A DNA stretch of 24,000 nucleotides from Methanothermobacter wolfeii (GTDB lineage Archaea; Methanobacteriota; Methanobacteria; Methanobacteriales; Methanothermobacteraceae), in the NCBI RefSeq assembly GCF_025397995.1, contig NZ_CP104550.1, forward strand, positions 1,299,775 through 1,323,774, given 5' to 3'. Each line of letters opens with the position of its first letter. Position 1 is the first letter of the stretch. The notes beneath the pieces are model-generated. The model saw only the letters and a list, made by a program, of their open reading frames with translations, was not told the DNA's origin and searched no databases. Below, piece after piece: positions 1 to 9,524 of the stretch. The position numbers and the translations under genes are program-made.

Positions 1-126
1 CGGGTGCTTAAAACAGCCCTCCACAGGGCCATTGCAGAGGACAGTGAAACCGTGCGACCTGAACATATTAAATACTCACTCAAAGAGCGTAAAAAATCAG
101 ATGAACCCAGGCACATGTTCGCCTGA
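1..126 (+). CDS. 3' end of a CDS that starts upstream of the window; product not identifiable
   Basis: Frame 1 is open from the window edge to TGA at 124-126 (...RVLKTALHRAIAEDSETVRPEHIKYSLKERKKSDEPRHMFA*). The sequence looks helical and vaguely like an AAA+ lid domain. The gene is convergent with hemA. Confidence 0.4.
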   Translation, partial: RVLKTALHRAIAEDSETVRPEHIKYSLKERKKSDEPRHMFA

Positions 127-177
127 AGATCATGATGCCGATCAAAGAACACCTATATCAGCAGTCACACCAGGAGG

Positions 178-1371
178 CTAAACAGAATCACAGCCGAATA
201 TATCGGCACAGGCCCTCAGAAACTCAACATCATCCCTTTCAGCAGCCTCCCTGATGCTGATGGCGACATCATGGAAGATCTTATCAACTATTGACCTTGT
301 GAGGTCATCCATAACCCTGTCAGCATCAGAATTTTCCATCATTTTCACGGCCTTCTCAAGCTCCCTCCTGCGGAGCTCCTCCATCCGGCTTCTTATCTCA
401 GCAAGCAGGGGGTCTGCAACCATGCGTTTAAGGGACCTCAGGAGGAGTTCAAGTTCGTCCTCAACTATTCTCTCGGCCTCCCGGGCCTCGGCTTCCCTTC
501 TTCTTCTGTTCTCCTCTGCCACACCCCTGAGGTCATCTATACTGAAAACCCTTATCCCGAGTTCCCTTACAGAGTCCTCTATATCCCTTGGGTTTGCAAT
601 GTCAACCATGACAACCCTGGATCTGCGCTCAGGGGGTACAGCCTCCCTTACACGTTCAAGGGTGAGGATGTGGTGTGGTGAGCCGGTGGCGCTTATAACA
701 ACATCAGCATCCCTGAGGGACTCGTTAAGGCGGTCGAAGTGTATTGCCTCGCCTCCAAGTTCACATGCAAGGTTATATGCCCGGTCATAGGTCCTGTTTG
801 CAACCATTATGGCTTTCAGGTGCTTCTCTGCAAGTGCCCTTGCAACAAGGGTCCCCATTTTCCCGGCCCCGATAACAAGGACCTTCTTACACCTAAGGTC
901 TCCATGTATGGATTCTGCAAGTTCAACTGCTGCGGATCCTATGGACACAGAGCCCCTGTTTATCTCCGTCTTCCGCCTTACTGCCTGTCCAACATGAATG
1001 GCCTTGGTGAAGATCATGTCAAGGAGGGGGCCGCAGGTACCATCCCTGAGGGCCCTGATCCTGGCGGTCTTTATCTGGCCGAGTATCTGGTCCTCACCTA
1101 TTATCATGGATTCAAGGCCTGAAGACAATCTCAGGAGGTGTCTCAGGGCATCCTCATCGGTTTCAACGGTGAAGCCCCTGAAATCAAATCCCTCAGGGAT
1201 GTTATCGGCAGAGAGATAGTACTCCACACGGTTACAGGTCACCAGGGGGATCTTCTCCTTAACGACCCCTGCAGCCTCCAGTTCAGCCACAAGTTCCTGG
1301 ATATCCCCCGATGCATGTTCCATTTCCTCCACATCCGAGGTCTTATGATCCACCCTTATGTTGAGAATCAT
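178..1371 (-). CDS. hemA: Glutamyl-tRNA reductase
   Basis: 397-aa ORF with the TCNRVEYY catalytic-Cys motif near the N-terminus, a central GAGKMG Rossmann motif and a long helical C-terminal dimerisation region. Its start overlaps the upstream gene's stop (ATGA at 1368-1371). Confidence 0.93.
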   Translation of the reverse strand: MILNIRVDHKTSDVEEMEHASGDIQELVAELEAAGVVKEKIPLVTCNRVEYYLSADNIPEGFDFRGFTVETDEDALRHLLRLSSGLESMIIGEDQILGQIKTARIRALRDGTCGPLLDMIFTKAIHVGQAVRRKTEINRGSVSIGSAAVELAESIHGDLRCKKVLVIGAGKMGTLVARALAEKHLKAIMVANRTYDRAYNLACELGGEAIHFDRLNESLRDADVVISATGSPHHILTLERVREAVPPERRSRVVMVDIANPRDIEDSVRELGIRVFSIDDLRGVAEENRRRREAEAREAERIVEDELELLLRSLKRMVADPLLAEIRSRMEELRRRELEKAVKMMENSDADRVMDDLTRSIVDKIFHDVAISIREAAERDDVEFLRACADIFGCDSV

Positions 1372-2000
1372 CTTAAAACCCCCCTCCTGAATTCATCTAT
1401 CATGGTGTAAGCCCTTTCAAGGGCTGCTTCGGTGTCCTGCTTCTTCAGATACTCCTTTAACTCAGGGTCCTCTGATATCCTGTAGAGTATCCTCCTCCTG
1501 ACCCTGTGATCATCGAATTCTTCCCGGATCTTCCTCCTGACCCTATCCTGGACCTCTATCATCAGTAGATCCTCAGTTTGGATGGCATCCTGAATCCTCT
1601 CCCTGAGGTATCTTGCCATGAGGGGACTCCTTGTCCCCGTGAATATTGAAATGGAAACATCCCCCACCATGAAGGTTGACGGGACTATCACATCCCCCTC
1701 CAGTGGACTGTCTGCACGGTTCAGGAGCCTCTTACCTGCAAAGGATGCCACCCTATCATTCAGTTCCCTGTCAGGACTTGCAACCACCACCAGGTCCGCC
1801 CATTCAACCCAGTACTCAAGGTTATCCATTTCAACAAACCTTGCTCCTTCAAGTTCTGCCGGCGGGCCCGCCACAACCACCTCTGCACCTGCCTCAAGGA
1901 ACCTCCTGGCCCTCCTGATTCCAACCTCCCCTGAACCAAGGACGAAGACCCTCTTCCCGTCCATGTCCATGTATAGGGGAGTCCATGCCATTTTTACCAT
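1368..2000 (-). CDS. Precorrin-2 dehydrogenase / sirohydrochlorin ferrochelatase-like protein (CysG N-terminal domain / SirC / Met8 type)
   Basis: 210-aa ORF with an N-terminal Rossmann motif (KRVFVLGSGEVGIRRARRFLEAGAEVVVAG). Size and layout fit the siroheme synthase N-domain family. It is translationally coupled to hemA. Confidence 0.8.
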   Translation of the reverse strand: MVKMAWTPLYMDMDGKRVFVLGSGEVGIRRARRFLEAGAEVVVAGPPAELEGARFVEMDNLEYWVEWADLVVVASPDRELNDRVASFAGKRLLNRADSPLEGDVIVPSTFMVGDVSISIFTGTRSPLMARYLRERIQDAIQTEDLLMIEVQDRVRRKIREEFDDHRVRRRILYRISEDPELKEYLKKQDTEAALERAYTMIDEFRRGVLR

Positions 2001-2003
2001 CCA

Positions 2004-2471
2004 TCAGAGGGATTTCATCCGCAGTATCTTCATGGCTGTTCTGAGGTCGTTGTCAGCCTCCCTGATGGCATCCATTGCCTCATCCATGGATACATCAAAG
2101 GCCTCTGCAAGGGCCTTCACGCTTTCAGTGTCGGGTCCTGCTGTTCCAACAAGTGCCTCTGAAAGCTTCTTCTTTAGTTCCATGTACTCCTCAACCGTCA
2201 TGTTGATCCTCTTCATTGCCATGTCCCTGAGGGGGCATGGTTTTGACGGCTTGCAGCACCATACAAGGGACCCGAAACATGTGCCCTGACCTTCACCCAG
2301 CCTTGTCTTCCTGGCGAACTCCTCCTTTATTTCAATGTAATCCTGCGGTGTTAAATCAGCCTCCTCAAGGGCTATGGTTATTGGACATGGTTTTACTGGT
2401 GGGCAGCAGAATGTGAGCGCCCTTTTATCGCCACCCCTGCATACATGGGATGGTGCATCGCTCCATACCAA
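2004..2471 (-). CDS. Small Cys-motif protein resembling methanogen-specific 'methanogenesis marker protein 9', with a duplicated CC-x-P-x-KPCP module and a UBA-like C-terminus
   Basis: 155-aa ORF with a TTG start at 2471, 6 nt after AAGGAGGA. Two internal repeats are present ([10 protein letters not shown]...[10 protein letters not shown] and [10 protein letters not shown]...[10 protein letters not shown]). Its stop lies 3 nt before the next gene's ATG. The family name is from memory. Confidence 0.6.
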   Translation of the reverse strand: MVWSDAPSHVCRGGDKRALTFCCPPVKPCPITIALEEADLTPQDYIEIKEEFARKTRLGEGQGTCFGSLVWCCKPSKPCPLRDMAMKRINMTVEEYMELKKKLSEALVGTAGPDTESVKALAEAFDVSMDEAMDAIREADNDLRTAMKILRMKSL

Positions 2472-2577
2472 ACAAAATCCTCCTTTATTAATTATACCAA
2501 ATATGTTAATAACAGTTCATGAGAATCCTTTTAATCCATATAAGGATTGGCAATAAATAAATTGTGGTTCTGAATTT

Positions 2578-2583
2578 AAAAAA
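2578..2583 (-). terminator. Oligo-T (T6 on the minus strand) downstream of atwA
   Basis: A6 on the plus strand, about 10 nt beyond the atwA stop at 2593-2595. Archaeal terminators are typically oligo-T runs. Confidence 0.4.
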
Positions 2584-2592
2584 GAATAGGGT

Positions 2593-4185
2593 TTATTCCT
2601 TAAGCATCTTCATCTTCTCGTCGGGTGTGAGTTCACCGACAATTTCCTCAGGGTCGCCTGTCTTGAGGATCCTGCCACCCCTCATGAGGGATGCCCTGTC
2701 GCAGACGTCCAGGACAAAGTCCATGTCATGGGATATTATAAGGAAGGTCTGGTTAAGCTCCTCCCTGGCCCTAAGAATTGAGTCCGTGACCTGGACCCTT
2801 GTTATGGGGTCCATGGTACCTGTTGGTTCATCAAGGATTATGATCCGTGGCTCCTTTATAAGTACCTGGGCCAGTGCAACCCTGTGCCTCTCTCCGCCTG
2901 AAAGTTCATCAGGGTACTTGCCGAGGATGTTCTCAGCATACTCCTCATCAAATCCAACGGCCCTGAGTACATAGAGTGCCTTCATCCTGGCGAACTCTGC
3001 AGGGAGTTCAAGGCTTATGGCCTCTGTGAGGTTGCCCAGGACGTCCCTGTGGGGGTAAAGGCTGTACTCCTGGTGGAGTATTCCAAGGTAGGGTGTTACC
3101 CTGCCACGGCCAAGGGGTCCCTTCTCTGTCATGTCGATCCATTCATCACCGAGCCTGACGCAGACCTTTCCACTGCTTGGCTCAGTTATACCTATTATTA
3201 TCCTGGAGAGGGTTGTTTTGCCTGCGCCGCTCAGGCCCACCACTCCGAAGATTTCACCCTCATATACGGTGAGGTCCACACCATCAACGGCCTTCACAAC
3301 ACCCCTGTCAATGGAGTAGTAGTGCTTCTTAACATCAACCATCCTTATTATGGGGTTTTTCTGTTCAAATTCCTTTGATTTTTCAGGAGCCGGGACCTGC
3401 TCCATGAATCTGGCAACTACGGTTTCAGGATCCCCCTCCTCCACTATTTCGCCCTTATCAATCCATATGGCGTAATCAGAAAGGTCGCTCATGACCTCGG
3501 GCCAGTGGGAGGTTATTATCATGGTTATCCCCTTATCCTTAACACCCTCAATGAGGGCGTCGTGTATGAGCTCCGCTGTCCTGGGGTCAAGGGTACCTGT
3601 TGGTTCATCTGCAAGGAAAAGCATCGGTTCCTTGGCAAGCTGCCTTGCAAGGACAACCCTCTGTTTTTCACCACCACTGAGGTCCCTGGCAATGTGGGTT
3701 ATCCTGTGGCTCATCTGGGTCATCTCAAGTAGATCCAGTGCACGGTAGAGGGCCTCCTCGTATTCGAGTTCAGGCATTGACTTTATGACGTTATCGATTA
3801 CCGTGTCATCCTCATAGAGGGCGAAGGTCCTCTGGAGCATTATGGCTATTCTTCTCCTCACAGCCGCAAATGTCTTTTTATCGCAGTTCCAGAAGTCCAC
3901 TTCCTGGAGGGCGAAGTTTGCTCCGCACTGGCAGGGCCTTCCATCAAAGGATGGTGGCTCCACCCTGAGGCATTCAGGGCACACCGCCACCCTGTAGATT
4001 ACGCGTCCGCTGTCGGGCCGGTAGTCCTTCATACCACGGAGCATGTTTATGAGCACAGACTTTCCCGCACCGCTCCTGCCGAGTATACCGAGGACCTTGC
4101 CCTCCTCGATCTCAACGCTGATATCCCTGAGAACCTCAACATCCTTAAACTTCTTTGTGACGTTTTCCAGCTTTATAAAAAACAT
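2593..4185 (-). CDS. atwA: Methyl-coenzyme M reductase system component A2 (tandem ABC ATPase)
   Basis: Two ABC cassettes are present: Walker A GRSGAGKS and GLSGAGKT, and signatures LSGGEKQR and LSGGERHR. A Cys-rich insert ([20 protein letters not shown]) is typical of A2. The ORF extends to 4212, but ATG at 4185 (MFFIKLENV...) follows a GGGTGA ribosome-binding site, so that start is preferred. Confidence 0.9.
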   Translation of the reverse strand: MFFIKLENVTKKFKDVEVLRDISVEIEEGKVLGILGRSGAGKSVLINMLRGMKDYRPDSGRVIYRVAVCPECLRVEPPSFDGRPCQCGANFALQEVDFWNCDKKTFAAVRRRIAIMLQRTFALYEDDTVIDNVIKSMPELEYEEALYRALDLLEMTQMSHRITHIARDLSGGEKQRVVLARQLAKEPMLFLADEPTGTLDPRTAELIHDALIEGVKDKGITMIITSHWPEVMSDLSDYAIWIDKGEIVEEGDPETVVARFMEQVPAPEKSKEFEQKNPIIRMVDVKKHYYSIDRGVVKAVDGVDLTVYEGEIFGVVGLSGAGKTTLSRIIIGITEPSSGKVCVRLGDEWIDMTEKGPLGRGRVTPYLGILHQEYSLYPHRDVLGNLTEAISLELPAEFARMKALYVLRAVGFDEEYAENILGKYPDELSGGERHRVALAQVLIKEPRIIILDEPTGTMDPITRVQVTDSILRAREELNQTFLIISHDMDFVLDVCDRASLMRGGRILKTGDPEEIVGELTPDEKMKMLKE

Positions 4186-4297
4186 TTGCTCACCCTCTGC
4201 TACCAGAATCAATATGATCCATTAAACATGAACTGTATATTCCTTTGATGGAAATCCCTATTAAAATTTTCCTAAATTTTTAGTCGAAATTAAATTT

Positions 4298-5047
4298 TCA
4301 GAGTTTGCTGAGGCTGAAGGATAGTCTCCCTGAGAGGGCTGCCCTTGCAACCGATACGCCGTCTGCCCCGGCATCAAGCATTGCCCTTGCAGATCTCAGG
4401 TCCCTTATTGAGTTGTTGCCTATAATCCTTGCCCTCCTGACCGCCCCTGAAACCCGCGATACCAGTTCAAGGTCGGCTCTATCAACACCGGGTTTCATGG
4501 CATCAAGGTGTATGTAGCTGCAGCCCTCCTGGTCAAGGATCTCAGATATCAGGACCGTATCTGCCTCTGGAACGTTTCCCCTTATCTTCACCGACACCTC
4601 TGAGGCCGCCTTCCTTACAACCTCACGGGTGAAGTCGCCCAGGAACTCGGGTTCAAGGAGCATTGCCTGACCCGCCCCGGTGCGGGTTATCTCGGGCTGC
4701 CTGCAGTGGGCATTGATCTCAACAACATCAACCGGATCCAGTCTGGATATCTCTATGATCCCCTCAGGTTCTGTGGCCCTGAGGTTCACGGAAACCCTGA
4801 CATCAAACCTGTCCTTTATCTTTGATGCTTCTTCAGCAACCACCGCGGGTAGTTCATTGAAGTCAAAATCAAATTCTGGTCTGCCCCTCCCAATTATGAG
4901 TCTACCTGCCCTGCAGGTCTCCATGTCTGCATTGTATCCTCCGAGGGTGACCATGTCAAAGCCATAGGGGATGAGTTTAAGGCAGAACTCTGCATCAGAG
5001 ATTCCTGCCATGGGTGCCAGTACCCTCAGACAGTTCTCACGGGTCAT
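4298..5047 (-). CDS. Dus/NifR3-like TIM-barrel flavoprotein, barrel-only archaeal type (MJ0144-like); function unknown
   Basis: 249-aa ORF with LAPMAGISD at the N-terminus and [11 protein letters not shown], which matches the Dus 'IN-x-GCP' Cys motif. It lacks the C-terminal helical tRNA-binding domain of true Dus enzymes. ATGA overlap with gch3 at 5044-5047. Confidence 0.7.
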   Translation of the reverse strand: MTRENCLRVLAPMAGISDAEFCLKLIPYGFDMVTLGGYNADMETCRAGRLIIGRGRPEFDFDFNELPAVVAEEASKIKDRFDVRVSVNLRATEPEGIIEISRLDPVDVVEINAHCRQPEITRTGAGQAMLLEPEFLGDFTREVVRKAASEVSVKIRGNVPEADTVLISEILDQEGCSYIHLDAMKPGVDRADLELVSRVSGAVRRARIIGNNSIRDLRSARAMLDAGADGVSVARAALSGRLSFSLSKL

Positions 5048-5793
5048 TCCTTAATCACATGGACAAGGTCGTAGGTGAATCCACCCCTGATCTCCTCAAG
5101 GGCCAGATCAGCAAGGTTTGCTGCCTTCTCGGCGGTTGGGGCCTTACCGATCCCTGCTTTAAGCGCAACGTTTATCTCATCATCTATCTCATTGATTATC
5201 CTCAGTAGTCCCTGGGGCTCCAGACCATTACAGGGTGACATGAAGTTATCTCCACCTATAAAGAAGAGAAGAGCCCCCTCCTTGATGAGCTTCTTCATTA
5301 AGAAGTGCTGAACCCTGTTCACAATGAAGGAAGTGTCATAGGCAGGGACGATGTCAGTCATTGTCTCGGTTATACCGTTTATATCAAGGTGGGCGATCTG
5401 AACGTATCCCTCATCCACAAGACCGTCTATGGCGAGCACCTCTTTTCTCTCCTCTGACTGAGCCCCCCCATGACTCTGCAGGGCCCTTGAAGCGTTCTTC
5501 TGGGCATCGTAGGGTGTCTCAGCCGCACCCACACCCATACTTACGGTTATGGGGTAACGGTTGGCTATTGAATTCTGTATCCTCCTGTGGTCCTCAATAT
5601 CCATACCATTTGTGACTGCCAGCATGTTGTCAAACCTTGTGAAGAAAACAAGCCCCTGATGGGCTGCAAACTGCCGCTGGAGGTCAGCGTAAAGCTCTGC
5701 CTGGAGTATCTGGAGATCCGCCTCATTTCGTGGAGCTGGTGTGACCGTCCATGGCCCGTAGTTGTCTATCTGAATTAAGGTCATCTGTATCAT
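5044..5793 (-). CDS. gch3: GTP cyclohydrolase III (ArfA type; produces FAPy for riboflavin/F420 precursors)
   Basis: 249-aa ORF. The N-terminus [22 protein letters not shown] closely matches my recollection of the M. jannaschii MJ0145 enzyme. ATGA overlap with cofD at 5790-5793. Confidence 0.9.
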   Translation of the reverse strand: MIQMTLIQIDNYGPWTVTPAPRNEADLQILQAELYADLQRQFAAHQGLVFFTRFDNMLAVTNGMDIEDHRRIQNSIANRYPITVSMGVGAAETPYDAQKNASRALQSHGGAQSEERKEVLAIDGLVDEGYVQIAHLDINGITETMTDIVPAYDTSFIVNRVQHFLMKKLIKEGALLFFIGGDNFMSPCNGLEPQGLLRIINEIDDEINVALKAGIGKAPTAEKAANLADLALEEIRGGFTYDLVHVIKE

Positions 5794-6695
5794 AATATTT
5801 CACCCAAAAGTATTCTGGCCAGCATTATTTTATCCCCTATGTTTTTCATGATGGTCTTTGTTATTTCCACATCTTTTATTAGTTTTTCTATTTCTCCCTT
5901 AAGGTGAGCGTCAACTTCATCTATTATGAGCCTGTCAAGGAAGTCCCTGTAGATTTCTGCAACACCCAGGCTTGACGCACTGTAACCCCATGCCCTCATG
6001 AACTTACCTGCAGGACCGCTGAAGGGCTTATCCCCTGCAAAGGGGGATACTGCATAAACAGGGGAATTTTTAAGGGCCTTCCTCACGCCTGAGGTACCTA
6101 TTATCGGTCCGATGGATGTGACGGGATTTGATGGTCCTATTATGACCAGGTCGGCAGATTCCACTGCATCAATAACACCCGGTGCCGGTTCAACCTCACT
6201 GAACCTCACATCAAGGACCCGGGGCTCCGAACCTCTTTCAATGAGGAAGGTGTGGAACCCCATTTCACCCTCATCCGTAACTATGGTTATATCCGAGTCC
6301 TGGTTGCTCATGGGGAGGACCCTTGACCTCACACCCAGGGCCCTGCACTGTACGTCAACTGCCCTGTGAAGTGGATGGTCCTCAAGGAGAAGTGTTTTCT
6401 GAATCTTGAATGCCCTGTCCCTGTCACCGATCCTCAGGAGTTCAGGGCATCCGAGTTCCGAGAGTGTCTCATGGGTTATGAATGTATCGTCCTTCACACC
6501 GTACCATGTATCCTCGTTTATGATGCCTGCAAGGGTGTAGATGACCGTGTCAACATCTGGTGCAACGTATACCCCTGAAAAATAACCGTTCTCAACCGTG
6601 TTTACAACAACAGTGATATCCTCAGGGTCAACGAGCCTTACAAGTCCCTGGAGGAGCTTGGGTGTTCCTGTTCCGCCCGACAGTACAGTTATCAT
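5790..6695 (-). CDS. cofD: 2-phospho-L-lactate transferase (F420 biosynthesis)
   Basis: 301-aa ORF with the N-terminal [15 protein letters not shown] motif characteristic of CofD. A GGGTG ribosome-binding site lies upstream. Confidence 0.92.
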   Translation of the reverse strand: MITVLSGGTGTPKLLQGLVRLVDPEDITVVVNTVENGYFSGVYVAPDVDTVIYTLAGIINEDTWYGVKDDTFITHETLSELGCPELLRIGDRDRAFKIQKTLLLEDHPLHRAVDVQCRALGVRSRVLPMSNQDSDITIVTDEGEMGFHTFLIERGSEPRVLDVRFSEVEPAPGVIDAVESADLVIIGPSNPVTSIGPIIGTSGVRKALKNSPVYAVSPFAGDKPFSGPAGKFMRAWGYSASSLGVAEIYRDFLDRLIIDEVDAHLKGEIEKLIKDVEITKTIMKNIGDKIMLARILLGEIL

Positions 6696-6713
6696 GAATT
6701 CACACCCTGCAGA

Positions 6714-7469
6714 TCACCGGAAAACATCCATTTCCCTGGGTCTCAGGAGGTCCCTGATCCCCCCGTCAGCCTTGAGGTGGTCCCATCTGTAGCCCCTGAT
6801 AATAACTGCAGGCACACCCTCATCTGCCTGCCCCATCACCATTGATGCTGCCGCCGCCATTTCATCTGCCACTGCAATCTCCGTTGTCTGCAATCTCCGA
6901 CCATAGAGGTCCCTCTCACCCTTACGGTCCCAGAGGGGAGCCATGCCTGCAACCCCCACGGCAACCCCCACGGCTCCCACCCTGAAGGGCCTTCCCTGGG
7001 TGTCCGAGATTATCACAGCAATTTCCCTGCCTGACCTTTCAGTTAAACCCCTCAGTATCCGTTCTGCGCTAAGATCAGGGTCCGCTGGCAGTGGCGTTGC
7101 AAGTCCCTCACTAACATTTGATTCATCAATACCTGCATTTGCACATACAAAACCATGCCGGGTCTCTGATACTATGAAGTTATGGCCGACCCTTATCACG
7201 TCAGCGGACTCTGAGAGGATGGCCTCCACCAGATGCGGATCCTTCCCTGTCTTCTCAGCCATCTCAAGGGCCTTCTCTGATGGACTTATTTTATTCAGAT
7301 CAATGGTGTTGCCCTCTGCCTTTGACACTATGGTTTCTGCTATTACTATGATGTCGCCGTCCATGAGTTCCTGGCCGCTGAAATCAAGGGCCCTGACTAT
7401 GAGTTCAGGGATATCATCCCCGCGCTCTACAAGTGGCATGCCCTGAATACCGATTAATTTGATCTCCAT
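6714..7469 (-). CDS. cofE: Coenzyme F420:L-glutamate ligase (F420-0 gamma-glutamyl ligase)
   Basis: 251-aa ORF with CofE-type motifs (VSKAEG, GFVCANAGIDESNV, SDTQGRPFR). An AGGTG ribosome-binding site lies 5 nt upstream of the ATG. Confidence 0.92.
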   Translation of the reverse strand: MEIKLIGIQGMPLVERGDDIPELIVRALDFSGQELMDGDIIVIAETIVSKAEGNTIDLNKISPSEKALEMAEKTGKDPHLVEAILSESADVIRVGHNFIVSETRHGFVCANAGIDESNVSEGLATPLPADPDLSAERILRGLTERSGREIAVIISDTQGRPFRVGAVGVAVGVAGMAPLWDRKGERDLYGRRLQTTEIAVADEMAAAASMVMGQADEGVPAVIIRGYRWDHLKADGGIRDLLRPREMDVFR

Positions 7470-7499
7470 TCAAGCACCTGATTTTTTAGGGAGTAAAGT

Positions 7500-8102
7500 T
7501 CAGACCCTGCTCAGTTTCCATCCGTCTCCACTGTTAAATGCTGCCGCGGCTGTCACCGGGTGGGTGAAGCCTGCGAATTCACCCCCTTCGAGTATGAACT
7601 TTGCTGCTTCGTCTGCATCAGCAGCCTCGAATTGTGTGGGTGCCGGTTCTATCTGTTCATAGGTGGAGATGTACATTGATTCATTATCAGGGATCCTTTT
7701 AACGGTGATGCCGTCGGCCGTTACTATACCGATGAATGCCTCCCTTGCATCGATGGCCGCTGCTATCCTTGGTGTGTTGAGTTCATCCTTCTCATAGTCC
7801 ATTGCAAGGAGGGAGAATCCCATTGCATCCTTGAGGTTCATTCCAAGGGCTATCTTATCTGCAATGGTATCGGTGTGGGCTCCGTTTGAAACAACCGCCG
7901 TATCATCCACTATGCGGATGCAGTTGTATGCTATGTAGGGGTTCCTGAAGACATCACCCTCATGTCCCTCAACGGGTATCACGGACACCCTGTCCTCAAA
8001 GACCTTCGTGGTCCTGTTGGGGAAGGACCTGCTTGAAACCCTGTAGGCCACAAAGGCTCCTTCACTGTTCCTTCCAGCTGCAAGAATTCTTCCAAGATAC
8101 AT
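7500..8102 (-). CDS. purO: Archaeal IMP cyclohydrolase
   Basis: The ORF extends to 8129, but ATG at 8102 ([12 protein letters not shown]...) follows GGAGGT with 6-nt spacing. The sequence matches the PurO family, and the Methanothermobacter orthologue sits next to cofE in my recollection. Confidence 0.88.
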   Translation of the reverse strand: MYLGRILAAGRNSEGAFVAYRVSSRSFPNRTTKVFEDRVSVIPVEGHEGDVFRNPYIAYNCIRIVDDTAVVSNGAHTDTIADKIALGMNLKDAMGFSLLAMDYEKDELNTPRIAAAIDAREAFIGIVTADGITVKRIPDNESMYISTYEQIEPAPTQFEAADADEAAKFILEGGEFAGFTHPVTAAAAFNSGDGWKLSRV

Positions 8103-8213
8103 AAACCAACCTCCAGTTTTATTTGTCATTTGATGACCTTATGTGAACTATCCCTCCTGATGGAAGGGATTTCCCGCCGAAAGAGTTAAATCCCCTGAGC
8201 AATCCGTTGATGA

Positions 8214-8600
8214 TCATGATGGTGTTCTCACAGCCCTCTCAACAGGCAGGTCTGGAGGGGTCGTTATGATTATAGCTCCTTCCTTCGGCCTTATGATTAT
8301 CTCGCCCTCATCAATAACCCTTGTATGGACCGCCACGGCACTGTTTTTTATGTGCCCTGACATGTCAACCCCGTTTACGGTAACCTTACTTAAACCTGCA
8401 ACAGGTATGAGGTAATACTCTGATGGTCCTGTGTTCTCGGCTATCTCGGGTTTTCCTGAGGATCCCTGCCCTCCACCACCGAAGGTTGCGGTGACTACAA
8501 GGAAAATCAGTATTGTGAAGAGTATGTCGATGAATGGGACCATGTTAAAGCGGGGTTTCCCGTGGATTTTGCGCCTGTACCTGTCCGTGTCAAGGGGCAT
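8214..8600 (-). CDS. ExbD/TolR-family protein (single TM helix with conserved Asp)
   Basis: 128-aa ORF. The N-terminal segment PRFNMVPFIDILFTILIFLVV carries the family's membrane Asp, followed by an extracytoplasmic domain. It starts 4 nt after the ExbB-like stop. Confidence 0.8.
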   Translation of the reverse strand: MPLDTDRYRRKIHGKPRFNMVPFIDILFTILIFLVVTATFGGGGQGSSGKPEIAENTGPSEYYLIPVAGLSKVTVNGVDMSGHIKNSAVAVHTRVIDEGEIIIRPKEGAIIITTPPDLPVERAVRTPS

Positions 8601-8604
8601 CTGA

Positions 8605-9456
8605 TCACTGCCTCAGCTTGCTTTCAATTATCTCGGCGCTTCTACCGCACCTTTCAAGTATTATATTGTTTATGCTCTTCTCAAGCATGCTCGGCTTGAA
8701 TGCCACTGATAGGTTGGCATCATCATCATCCAGTTTCCTTACACTAACCACCCCATCAGACTCCATCAGGGCCTCGACGACCTCATCAACGTCTCCATCG
8801 ACCCTTATCCTCATGACGGCGTATCCCCAGTTTGTCATCTTCTTTATGAGTTCAATCTTATCGATCTCATCATCTATCCGTGATGTTATGTAGGAGTAGA
8901 GCGGCATGAGGATTATTGCAACTGCAAGTCCAAGTATTGTTGTTATGAGGGCCACGTAGATCCCCTCAGCCATTGCAGCGGGGTCAGCATTCACACCCAG
9001 GGCCCTGAAGGTGTACCAGATCCCTATCACGGTCCCGATGAGTCCCAGCATCGGGGCAACCTCTATGATGGTCCTGAGGGTTCCCAGGCCCTTTGTCATG
9101 TTGCTCATCTCAACGATGAAGACGCGTTCCATGGCATCCTCAACCTCTGACCGGTTCCTGTAACCTATCTTTAGGGCCTCGGAGATGATGCTGGAGACAG
9201 GGTTCTGGTACTGGCCGATCTCCCTGAGGGCCTCGAGGGCACCGCCCCTCTCCATTGAATCGTTGACTGTCCCTATTATCTGGGGTGTGCTTATCCGTGA
9301 AATCCTTCTGAGGTAGTTTATCTTCTCAACTGATGTTATGAAGCCGTAGATTCCCATGATGGCTATTATATATGTTATTGCACCGCCGCTCCTGAACATC
9401 TCAAGGATGGTGGCGAAGAAGTTGATGATCTGATCAGGGAACATGTTAAACATCAC
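8605..9456 (-). CDS. MotA/TolQ/ExbB-family proton-channel protein with an extra C-terminal domain of about 80 aa
   Basis: Signature sequence APMLGLIGTVIGIWYTF...AEGIYVALITTILGLAVAI is present. The start is ambiguous: GTG 9456, ATG 9453 or ATG 9444. ATG 9444 has AGGTGA 8 nt upstream. The C-terminal about 80 aa (AVMRIRVDGDVDEVVEAL...) lie outside the channel core. Confidence 0.85.
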   Translation of the reverse strand: MMFNMFPDQIINFFATILEMFRSGGAITYIIAIMGIYGFITSVEKINYLRRISRISTPQIIGTVNDSMERGGALEALREIGQYQNPVSSIISEALKIGYRNRSEVEDAMERVFIVEMSNMTKGLGTLRTIIEVAPMLGLIGTVIGIWYTFRALGVNADPAAMAEGIYVALITTILGLAVAIILMPLYSYITSRIDDEIDKIELIKKMTNWGYAVMRIRVDGDVDEVVEALMESDGVVSVRKLDDDDANLSVAFKPSMLEKSINNIILERCGRSAEIIESKLRQ

Positions 9457-9481
9457 CTGGAAGGGTATTTGCGAAACAGGG

Positions 9482-9494
9482 ATATTTAAAAATA
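9482..9494 (-). promoter_or_regulatory. Candidate TATA box for the exbB/exbD-like unit
   Basis: The minus strand reads TATTTTTAAATAT about 40 nt upstream of the start codons, in the 68-bp gap after rnhB. Confidence 0.35.
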
Positions 9495-9524
9495 GTGGTC
9501 TTCATCACATGTACCTGGAAAGTG

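Noticed and set aside
254-2289. Long plus-strand ORFs (254-790, 739-1122, 1618-2289 and others) opposite hemA and the precorrin-2 dehydrogenase gene.
   Set aside because: Their products are Ser/Leu/Pro/Thr-rich low-complexity translations with no motifs. They are shadow ORFs antisense to genes with clear conserved motifs. The same reasoning applies to 2564-2974, 6943-7446, 10408-10818, 17475-17744, 19640-20220, 20183-20602 and 21648-22229.
2521-2550. A short AATCC-atataa-GGATT hairpin and repeated AATCC in the spacer between atwA and the marker-9-like gene.
   Set aside because: The stem is only 5 bp in an AT-rich spacer, which is too weak to call an operator or an RNA structure without conservation data.
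8214-9456. The MotA/ExbB plus ExbD pair interpreted as a flagellar stator or a Zorya-type (ZorAB) anti-phage system.
   Set aside because: No ZorC/ZorD-like or other defence genes are adjacent, and archaella are ATP-driven without MotAB. The ExbD-like protein lacks a MotB/OmpA-type wall-binding domain. The pair is kept as a motor of unknown function instead.
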